This document shows positions 16,193 to 22,719 of a DNA stretch of 32,000 nucleotides, one piece after another. Source of the stretch: Mycobacterium tuberculosis H37Rv (GTDB lineage Bacteria > Actinomycetota > Actinomycetes > Mycobacteriales > Mycobacteriaceae); contig NC_000962.3 of assembly GCF_000195955.2 (NCBI RefSeq), positions 690,001-722,000 on the forward strand. Reading direction: 5' to 3'. The notes under the pieces were generated by a model. That model did no database searches. It saw only the letters and a list, made by a program, of their open reading frames with translations, and was not told the origin of the DNA. Each line of letters opens with the position of its first letter. Within the stretch, counting starts at the first letter, position 1. The translations under genes were made by a program, and so were the position numbers.

Positions 16193-16321
16193 CTAGCGTG
16201 GATAGGCGGTAACCAATCGAGGCACGCCGTCGGGTTCGTCGCTGATCCACACTGTACGCAATGCAACCATCCGGCCGCACCGTGATTCCACGACACCATC
16301 GACGATTGCCGTGACGCCGTA
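16193..16321 (-). pseudogene. C-terminal relic of a DUF6883-like gene
   Basis: YGVTAIVDGVVESRCGRMVALRTVWISDEPDGVPRLVTAYPR* matches the family ending (...RTVWI...PRxVTAYP). Upstream in frame is Arg/Pro junk antisense to Rv0612, with no credible start. Confidence 0.45.
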
Positions 16322-16323
16322 GG

Positions 16324-16929
16324 GTGTTGGGGCCGATCCGGCAACCGCGCCTGACGGTGCGGCCAGGGCGGCTGCCGGGGATGATCGCCGGCGTGGCGGC
16401 GAAACGAATGAACCGCGAACAGTTCTTCCGCGCGGCGTCGGGGCTCGATGAGGATCGCCTACGGAAGGCGCTGTGGAACCTCTACTGGCGCGGCACCGCA
16501 AACATGCGGGAGCGCATCGAGGCCGAGCTGGCCAGCGCCGGGCGCGCTCGCCCGGCGCGCAAAATAAAGCCGCCGGCCGATCCGGACATCGTGGGTTGGG
16601 AGGTCGACGAGTTCGTGTCACTGGCGCGGTCGGGTGCCTACCTGGGCGGGGACCGGCGGGTGTCGCCGCGGGAACGATCGCGCTGGCGTTTCACCTTCAA
16701 GCGGCTCGCCGCGGAAGCCCAGGACGCCCTGCGAGCCGAGGACGCCGAGCCCGCGGCATCCGCACTGGAGCAACTGATCGACCTGGCGCGCGAGGCCGAC
16801 GGGTACGACTACTTCCGCTCCGACGATCCGGTGGCAGCGGCGGGTTTCGTCGTGTCCGATGTGGCGGCGGCGGGCCACCCACACTTCCGTGAGTTCGCCG
16901 CCGAGATCGGTGCGGCGATCCCGCCGTGA
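16324..16929 (+). CDS. Hypothetical protein (Rv0612-like, 201 aa as ORF); real start may be ATG 16381 or 16408
   Basis: Protein-like from MNREQFFRAASGLDEDRLRKALWNLYWRG onward. The C-terminal GYDYFRSDDPVAAAGFVVS block is shared with the relic at 13886-14212. Confidence 0.7.
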   Translation: MLGPIRQPRLTVRPGRLPGMIAGVAAKRMNREQFFRAASGLDEDRLRKALWNLYWRGTANMRERIEAELASAGRARPARKIKPPADPDIVGWEVDEFVSLARSGAYLGGDRRVSPRERSRWRFTFKRLAAEAQDALRAEDAEPAASALEQLIDLAREADGYDYFRSDDPVAAAGFVVSDVAAAGHPHFREFAAEIGAAIPP

Positions 16930-16947
16930 GTACCGCCCGCCCGGCTA

Positions 16948-19515
16948 CTACAAGCCCAAAGCGGTGCGCAGCCGGTCGGCGTCCATCCCGCCACGGGCGC
17001 CCGCGCCGGCGGGAAACGTGTCCAGGAGCTTGATCAGGTCGGCGCGGCGGGTGGGGTCGTCGGCGGCCTGCCGCGGCGTGTGCCCGTCCAGCGCGGGGAT
17101 GGGTTGATCGAGCCAGCTGGTCTCGTAGTCGCGGATGAATTCCTCGAGCGCGGCGGCCAGCTCGGGGCTGTCGGGGTCGGGCGCGCCCGCGCCGGTAACT
17201 GGCATCTGCTCGGCCAGCGCGGCGGCCTCGCGGGTGTTGCGCAGCGGACGGCGGTCGTCGTCGAGCACCGTCATCGCCGGGTCGAGGCGGGTCAGCGTGG
17301 CCAGCACGCGATCCATCCGCGGTTCGCTGTTGGTTTCCACCCGCAGCGTGTCACCGTCGAGGACCAGCGTGGCCCGGACCCGCAGCATGCCGTCGTTGGT
17401 GACGTGTTCGATCCACCGCGGCGGCTCCTCGCCGTCAACCCGGTCGTAGACCCCGTCGAGCGCGCCCTGGATCCCGGCCGGATCGTCGACTCGCACGCTG
17501 GCCTCGCAGATTGCCAGCGAGTCGCCCTCGGTGTTGACCAGTGTCGGCGGCGCGAACCGGCGGCTCAGCTGGGCCACCAGTGTCACCGGGTCGGGCTCGT
17601 CATCGAGCAGCTCGATCAGCACGGCACGCTCGTGCAGCGCGACCGGCTCGATCCCGCCGAAGAACACCATGGTGTCCCCGGCGGGCACCGGGCGCGCGCA
17701 GATCAGCTGCCCGGCTCGCAGCTGGCGGCTGGCCGCCCGCTCATGCACCTCATGGGTGTCGCCGGTGCGTACGTCGCGCACGATCACGCCCTCGCCAGGT
17801 TGCACGTGCTCGACCTCGAACACCGACCGCTCCACGAGCAGCCATTGCTCGGCAAGCAGCCGCTCGTCGTCGGGTAGCAGCGAACCGCGCACTTCGAGGA
17901 ACTCCGCGAACGCGCCGCCCTCGAACAACACCGCGTCCAGCACCAGCGGATCGGCCAGCGCCGCGGCCAGCGCGTCCTCATCGTCAGAGTCGGCATACCG
18001 GAAGCGCTCATAGCTGACTTCGGCCAGCAGGCCGGTCCAGTCGCCCGACAGTGCGTGCTGGGATGCCTTGGCATACAGCCAGTCCACCCGCTCGGCCAGC
18101 GGCAGCGCCTCACGGCCGAGATGGCATTTCTTGTACTTGCGGCCCGACCCGCACCAGCACGCCTCGTTGCGGCCCAGGTCGCGGCGCGGCTGGGCTCGGT
18201 GCCGCTCCAGGAGCCGCACCAGCGGGTGGTCGGGTTCGGTGCCGGCGCGGCGCAGCAGTGCCAACCCGCGCTCGGCGTCGCCGCGATCGGAGGCGATGCG
18301 GGCCAGGTCGAGCAACGGCAGCGGCCACTCGGTGTCCATCGACTCGGCCGCCAGCAGCTCACGTTCGGCCGCCTCGACATCACCGATCCGGTCCAGCGCG
18401 ACCGCGCGCAGCCAGCGCACCGCCACCCGCGCCGCGCGCGGCACCTTGGGCTCCAGCATCTCGGTGAGCAGGCCCAGCGCGGCCGCCCCGCCGGAGTCGG
18501 TGCCCACCGTCTCTGCCACCAGCAGCTCGGCCAGCAGCGGGTCGGCCAGCGCCGCCCCAATGTCGCCGAGCAGATCGACCAACGAGTCGGAGCCGGTTTC
18601 CGTCGCGGTCTCGGCGGCTGTGGCGAGCACATCCCGCGGCAACTCGTCCGGGTCGGTTGCTTCGAGCAGCAGCGACATCGTCTCGTGCAGTTTGATCAGC
18701 GTGTACAGCGCGACCGCGTCGTTGGGGTCGAGGTCGTGGCGAAAGGCCAGCAGTTCGCATCGGTTCTCGAAACGCCAAGCGTCGAAATTGAATCCGCCAG
18801 GTGCTAGCCAGTCGTCTTCGTGCGTGAGGCCGTGCTGGTCGAGGATCTCGCGCAGCGGTGCCACTGGCTCGGTAAATGCCGCCGGGTCGTCGACGCACGC
18901 CGTCCAGACCGCCGCGGGGAAGAACGCGGGCTCGTCGGGGTCGACCAGCTCGGCCAGCCGGGCGCCGACGGAGGTGTCCGCACCGGCTGTGCCGATCCGC
19001 TCGAGCACCAGCCCTGCGGCGGTCAGCCGCACACCGACCAGATCCCCCGCGGCGGCCCCCAACGTCGCCAGCGTGCCCGGCTCCAGCAGCAGTGCCCCGC
19101 CGGGGTCGATGGCCTCGTCCGGGATGCCCCGTCGTTCGAGCAGCTCCTCGTCGTATCCGGCCAGCACGATCCGCGCCGCCGAACCGTCGGCCAGCCGGCC
19201 ATACTCCTCGTGCTCGCAGAGCGTGGTGATCGGGTCCAGGTCCGGGGTCACGCCGAGCATGTCGTGGACCGCCTCGTCCGCGCCGAGCCGATGGGTGAAT
19301 ACCCGCCCGGCTAGCAGCGTCGGCAGCCACACCCACCGATCGTCGACCAACTGCCTTGCCGGCCATTCCGTTTCAAGGCGAAGCGCGCGCAGGACGGCGT
19401 CCGGGTCGGCCACGCCGCTGTCCAGCAGGCGTCGTGCGATGTCGTCCTCGCTCAATGGGCCATGTTCGGCCAGGATTCTCGCCACGGCTTGGGTCGCATC
19501 GAACGCTTCGGCCAC
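16948..19515 (-). CDS. Large SEC-C-motif protein (855 aa from GTG 19515; Rv0613c-like)
   Basis: SEC-C metal-binding motif CWCGSGRKYKKCH. Helical-repeat-like middle region. The C-terminus WLDQPIPALDGHTPRQAADDPTRRADLIKLLDTF is similar in pattern to the MbcA/ParS/Xre (DUF2384) domain. The upstream 89 codons of the track ORF are junk. Confidence 0.85.
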   Translation of the reverse strand: MAEAFDATQAVARILAEHGPLSEDDIARRLLDSGVADPDAVLRALRLETEWPARQLVDDRWVWLPTLLAGRVFTHRLGADEAVHDMLGVTPDLDPITTLCEHEEYGRLADGSAARIVLAGYDEELLERRGIPDEAIDPGGALLLEPGTLATLGAAAGDLVGVRLTAAGLVLERIGTAGADTSVGARLAELVDPDEPAFFPAAVWTACVDDPAAFTEPVAPLREILDQHGLTHEDDWLAPGGFNFDAWRFENRCELLAFRHDLDPNDAVALYTLIKLHETMSLLLEATDPDELPRDVLATAAETATETGSDSLVDLLGDIGAALADPLLAELLVAETVGTDSGGAAALGLLTEMLEPKVPRAARVAVRWLRAVALDRIGDVEAAERELLAAESMDTEWPLPLLDLARIASDRGDAERGLALLRRAGTEPDHPLVRLLERHRAQPRRDLGRNEACWCGSGRKYKKCHLGREALPLAERVDWLYAKASQHALSGDWTGLLAEVSYERFRYADSDDEDALAAALADPLVLDAVLFEGGAFAEFLEVRGSLLPDDERLLAEQWLLVERSVFEVEHVQPGEGVIVRDVRTGDTHEVHERAASRQLRAGQLICARPVPAGDTMVFFGGIEPVALHERAVLIELLDDEPDPVTLVAQLSRRFAPPTLVNTEGDSLAICEASVRVDDPAGIQGALDGVYDRVDGEEPPRWIEHVTNDGMLRVRATLVLDGDTLRVETNSEPRMDRVLATLTRLDPAMTVLDDDRRPLRNTREAAALAEQMPVTGAGAPDPDSPELAAALEEFIRDYETSWLDQPIPALDGHTPRQAADDPTRRADLIKLLDTFPAGAGARGGMDADRLRTALGL

Positions 19516-19528
19516 GGTGGCCACCTTA
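19516..19528 (-). promoter_or_regulatory. Rv0613c -10 box, leaderless geometry
   Basis: Minus strand reads CATAAGGTGGCCACC then GTG 19515. TAAGGT (19528-19523) fits TANNNT with a 7-nt spacer. Confidence 0.35.
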
Positions 19529-19584
19529 TGCCGCGGCCAGCCGAGGCTTGACGTCGGGCACCAGCCGATGGGGCTGGCCTCGCC

Positions 19585-19663
19585 TAGGGTTCGGCGTTGT
19601 GACGGCGCCGACGCGGTGGACCCTGGCCGACGGACGTGAGCTGCTGTTCTTTTCGCTGCCCGG
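19585..19663 (+). repeat. Left copy of the 79-nt galT 5'-end duplication
   Basis: Identical at 75 of 79 positions (my alignment) to 21624-21702. Encodes VTAPTRWTLADGRELLFFSLPG. Confidence 0.8.
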
Positions 19664-20348
19664 GCCCCGCACCAGCGGCACCGCCGCAGAACGGGTGGCT
19701 CGCCACGCTCAAGCGCAAACGTTCGCCGGCGATATCCGCCAGCGCGCCATACAGCTGGTCGTGTCCGAACAAGAAGTGGCAAGCAAAATCACCGCCGCTA
19801 CCGCCGGAATCGCCACCACCACCTTCCCGGAAACACCCAGCATCGACGACACCATCATCGGCAACGACAACCGCGACACTGGGGTCCGGTTGGTCGACGT
19901 CAAACAAGATGGCGGCACTAGTCCCCCGCCCCCATTTGCGCCGTGGGACACCCCTGATGGAACACCGCCGCCGGGCACTGGCCTAAGCCCTACGCTGCAG
20001 CAGATGATCCTCGGCGGTGATCCAGCTAATCTGACCGGCCAGGGTCTTGCGGACAACGTGCAACGGTTCGTACAGTCGCTGCCCGCAAACGACCCCAACA
20101 CAGCGTGGTTGCGCGGTCAGGTTGCGGATCTGCAGGCGCACGTCGCCGATATTGAGTACGCCCGCACCCATTGCAGCACCAACGACTGGATCGACCGGAC
20201 CGCCCAGTTCGCCTCGGGCGCCATAGTCTTCAGCATCGGCGTGTTGACCGCAGAGACCGGGGCGGGGGTCGTGGCTGCCGCGGCCGGTGGTGTCGGCGCG
20301 GCCACGGCGGGCGTGAGTCTTCTACAATGCCTGGTGGGGAGCAAGTGA
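19599..20348 (+). CDS. Hypothetical protein with a chimeric 5' end and a Gly/Ala-rich C-terminal TM (Rv0614-like; the track ORF starts at 19356)
   Basis: ORF is open to 20348. The part upstream of 19599 is antisense to Rv0613c. GTG 19599 corresponds to the native galT start. Body has no recognised domain. C-terminus is FASGAIVFSIGVLTAETGAGVVAAAAGGVGAATAGVSLL. Confidence 0.55.
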   Translation: MTAPTRWTLADGRELLFFSLPGPRTSGTAAERVARHAQAQTFAGDIRQRAIQLVVSEQEVASKITAATAGIATTTFPETPSIDDTIIGNDNRDTGVRLVDVKQDGGTSPPPPFAPWDTPDGTPPPGTGLSPTLQQMILGGDPANLTGQGLADNVQRFVQSLPANDPNTAWLRGQVADLQAHVADIEYARTHCSTNDWIDRTAQFASGAIVFSIGVLTAETGAGVVAAAAGGVGAATAGVSLLQCLVGSK

Positions 20349-20587
20349 TGGACGTATTGGCTGCTGGGATCGCGGCTGGCGCGCTCACGCTGGCGGCGTG
20401 GGGCGCCTGGCGCCCGCACTACCGGGCGGCGTCCTACCTCGTGGCCGGTGCCGTAGAGCTGGCACTGATCGGGCTGCTGGTGGTGACCGGGCAAACATTG
20501 ATGGCCATCTCGGTGGCCTTCCTTGTGGCGCTGGGCGGTCCGTTGGTGGTGGTCAACCACCGCAGAGCTGAACGCAGCCGAGGTTAG
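20345..20587 (+). CDS. Small integral membrane protein, 2 TM (80 aa; Rv0615-like)
   Basis: GTGATG overlaps the Rv0614 stop (20345-20350). Two hydrophobic helices (VLAAGIAAGALTLAAWGAW; LALIGLLVVTGQTLMAISVAFLVALGGPLVVV). Confidence 0.7.
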   Translation: MMDVLAAGIAAGALTLAAWGAWRPHYRAASYLVAGAVELALIGLLVVTGQTLMAISVAFLVALGGPLVVVNHRRAERSRG

Positions 20588-20769
20588 ATGAACGAAGAGG
20601 GCCTGTAGGTCGCACTCATCGCGCGGCTAGCCTGTGAGGCCAGCCCTCGGGCCGCCACCCAACACGGCTCGTGCGCTGTCTCGGCCGGCTCGTCTGCCGC
20701 ACGGCCAGCATGATCAGTCCCGTTGGAATACCGGTGAGCGTCGGCGCGCGCATCACGATGCAGCGATGT

Positions 20770-20781
20770 TAGGATGAGGCG
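20770..20781 (+). promoter_or_regulatory. vapB29 -10 box, leaderless geometry
   Basis: TAGGAT (20770-20775) fits TANNNT with a 6-nt spacer to GTG 20782. Confidence 0.4.
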
Positions 20782-21009
20782 GTGCGCACTACCATCGACC
20801 TGCCGCAAGACCTGCACAAGCAGGCACTGGCGATTGCCCGGGATACGCACCGCACGTTGAGTGAAACGGTCGCCGACCTCATGCGACGAGGCCTGGCCGC
20901 CAACCGCCCTACCGCGTTGTCCTCAGACCCCAGAACGGGATTGCCTTTGGTGAGCGTCGGGACCGTCGTGACCTCCGAGGACGTGCGTTCATTAGAGGAC
21001 GAGCAGTGA
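20782..21009 (+). CDS. vapB29: Antitoxin VapB29 (75 aa, GTG start)
   Basis: VRTTIDLPQDLHKQALAIARDTHRTLSETVADLMRRGL is a ribbon-helix-helix-like N-terminus. The stop overlaps the vapC29 GTG (GTGA 21006-21009). Confidence 0.85.
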   Translation: MRTTIDLPQDLHKQALAIARDTHRTLSETVADLMRRGLAANRPTALSSDPRTGLPLVSVGTVVTSEDVRSLEDEQ

Positions 21010-21407
21010 CGGTGCTGCTCGACGCCAACGTGCTGATCGCATTGGTGGTCGCCGAGCATGTGCATCATGATGCCGCAGCGGACTGGCTCATGGCGTCCGA
21101 CACCGGATTTGCGACCTGCCCGATGACACAAGGAAGCCTGGTTCGATTCCTGGTGCGCTCGGGACAGTCCGCGGCGGCGGCTCGGGATGTCGTCAGTGCG
21201 GTCCAGTGCACGAGCCGCCACGAATTCTGGCCCGATGCACTCTCTTTCGCCGGTGTCGAGGTCGCTGGTGTGGTTGGGCACCGGCAGGTGACCGATGCCT
21301 ACCTTGCCCAGCTCGCGCGAAGCCACGACGGGCAGTTGGCGACGCTCGACAGCGGCTTAGCACACCTGCACGGCGACGTCGCGGTACTCATTCCAACGAC
21401 CACCTGA
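21006..21407 (+). CDS. vapC29: PIN-domain toxin VapC29 (133 aa)
   Basis: VLLDANVLIAL, CPMTQGSLVRFL, VTDAYLAQLA and LATLD are PIN residues. Confidence 0.9.
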   Translation: MTVLLDANVLIALVVAEHVHHDAAADWLMASDTGFATCPMTQGSLVRFLVRSGQSAAAARDVVSAVQCTSRHEFWPDALSFAGVEVAGVVGHRQVTDAYLAQLARSHDGQLATLDSGLAHLHGDVAVLIPTTT

Positions 21408-21450
21408 TGTGCATCGTCTCCCGGCGGCGCGGCGAGCCGCCCCAAAACCA

Positions 21451-21618
21451 ACGATTGGGCCACGATGCGTAGGCATAGCTGAGGTGGCGTCGCGGCCCTC
21501 ACCGGCGACACCACAGAGGATCTCGGGCCGATCCGATGAGCGCCACGCCACCGCCCGGAGGACTCGACGCGTCGGTGTTCATCGCGAACGAACGCGGTCG
21601 GCAACTCGACGAGGCGCT
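21451..21618 (+). pseudogene. Decayed vapB5/vapC5-like module: operator, internally deleted vapB, and the first 28 codons of vapC
   Basis: Aligns with 28002-28044 plus 28241-28364. The vapB ATG is changed to ATA (21475-21477). A 196-bp internal deletion is present. The vapC start region reads MSATPPPGGLDASVFIANERGRQLDEAL, versus MSTTPAAGVLDTSVFIATESGRQLDEAL in VapC5. Confidence 0.7.
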
Positions 21619-22231
21619 CCCAGTAGGGTTCTGCGTTGTGACGGCGCCGACGCGGTGGACCCTGGCCGATGGCCGTGACCTGCTGTTCTTTTCGCTGCCC
21701 GGACACGTCCCGGCGCCGGTGTCGGATCGTCGGCCGCTGCCCGAACGTGACCCGGCTCCCTCGCGGCTGCGGTTCGACCGGGCCACCGGCCAGTGGGTGA
21801 TCGTCGCCGCACAGCGCCAGGATCGCACCTACAAGCCGCCGGCCGCGCGCTGCCCGCTGTGTCCGGGGCCGACCGGTCTGAGTAGCGAGGTGCCCGCCCC
21901 CGACTACGACGTTGTCGTCTTCGAGAACCGGTTTCCCAGCCTGGCCGGGGCCGGCATCGCCCCAATCGGCGCGCCCGACGGTGACGGGTTCGTATCCGCT
22001 CCGGGGCACGGACGCTGCGAGGTGATCTGCTTTTCGGCCGATCACACCGGTTCGTTCGCGGGCCTGGACCCGGCGCATGCCCGGCTGGTCGTGCACGCGT
22101 GGCGGCACCGCACCGCCGAATTGACGGCGCTGCCCGGGGTAGCGCAGGTGTTCTGCTTCGAGAACCGTGGTGAGGAGATCGGGGTGACCCTGCCCACCCG
22201 CACGGCCAGATTTACGCCTATCCGTATCTGA
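21536..22231 (+). CDS. galT: Galactose-1-phosphate uridylyltransferase, 5' segment (GalTa, 231 aa as ORF; native start probably GTG 21638)
   Basis: GalT N-terminal half, including CPLCPG zinc-site residues, VVVFENRFPS and CFENRGEEIGVTL. It terminates out of frame directly before the HPH motif. Confidence 0.85.
   Translation: MSATPPPGGLDASVFIANERGRQLDEALPVGFCVVTAPTRWTLADGRDLLFFSLPGHVPAPVSDRRPLPERDPAPSRLRFDRATGQWVIVAAQRQDRTYKPPAARCPLCPGPTGLSSEVPAPDYDVVVFENRFPSLAGAGIAPIGAPDGDGFVSAPGHGRCEVICFSADHTGSFAGLDPAHARLVVHAWRHRTAELTALPGVAQVFCFENRGEEIGVTLPTRTARFTPIRI
21624..21702 (+). repeat. Right copy of the 79-nt duplication (authentic galT 5' end)
   Basis: See 19585-19663. Contains GTG 21638 followed by VTAPTRWTLADGRDLLFFSLPG. 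Confidence 0.8.
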
Positions 22232-22248
22232 CGCCGCGCACCGCGGCG

Positions 22249-22719
22249 ATGCTGCGCCAGGCTCGTCGGCACCGAAAGCGTCACGGTGACAACCTGTTTG
22301 CCAGCCTGCTGGCACGCGAGGTCGCCGACGGCAGCCGCATCGTGGTACGCGGCGAGCTGTTCACCGCATTCGTACCGTTCGCCGCACGCTGGCCGGTGGA
22401 GGTGCACATTTACCCAAACCGGTTGGTGCGCAACCTCACCGAGCTCAATGACGGGGAGTTGGATGAGTTCGCCCGGATCTATCTGGACGTGCTGCAGAGG
22501 TTTGATCGGATGTATTCTTCACCGCTGCCGTACATGTCGGCGCTGCACCAGTTCAGCGAGGTCCAGCGCGATGGCTACTTTCACGTCGAGCTCATGTCGA
22601 TCCGGCGCAGCGCCACCAAACTGAAATATCTGGCGGCCGCCGAGTCGGCGATGGACGCGTTCATCGCCGACGTTATCCCGGAGAGCGTGGCCACCCGGCT
22701 GCGCGAGCTGGGCCCATGA
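22249..22719 (+). CDS. galT: Galactose-1-phosphate uridylyltransferase, 3' segment (GalTb; homology in this frame begins at 22195)
   Basis: The frame from 22195 reads [26 protein letters not shown]..., the GalT active-site motif and C-terminal half. The end overlaps the galK start (ATGA). Confidence 0.85.

Noticed and set aside
19356-19598. N-terminal 81 codons of the 330-aa ORF starting at 19356
   Set aside because: This part is antisense to the first 53 codons and promoter of Rv0613c and translates to Arg/Pro-rich sequence. The duplicated galT start (GTG 19599) is a more plausible initiation site.
17080-19639. Very long plus-strand ORFs (e.g. 18068-19639, 523 aa; 18055-18807; 17080-17877) opposite the Rv0613c-like gene
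   Set aside because: Ser/Arg/Ala/Pro-rich, low-complexity translations typical of antisense frames in 65% GC DNA. They have no motifs and lie entirely inside a well-supported minus-strand gene.
14205-20614. Shared motif CCTGTAGG(C/T)CGCA after two plus-strand stops (14205-14217 and 20602-20614), considered as a possible REP-like element
   Set aside because: Only ~13 nt are shared. There is no conserved flanking structure at the second site (the hairpin is present only at 14217-14240). With two occurrences this is indistinguishable from chance.
20584-20850. 88-aa minus-strand ORF (I believe annotated Rv0616c)
   Set aside because: It overlaps the vapB29 promoter and first 23 codons in antisense. 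It has no SD or -10 geometry and an Arg/Ala-rich, motif-free translation. I could not support it as coding, but transcript or peptide data could overturn this.
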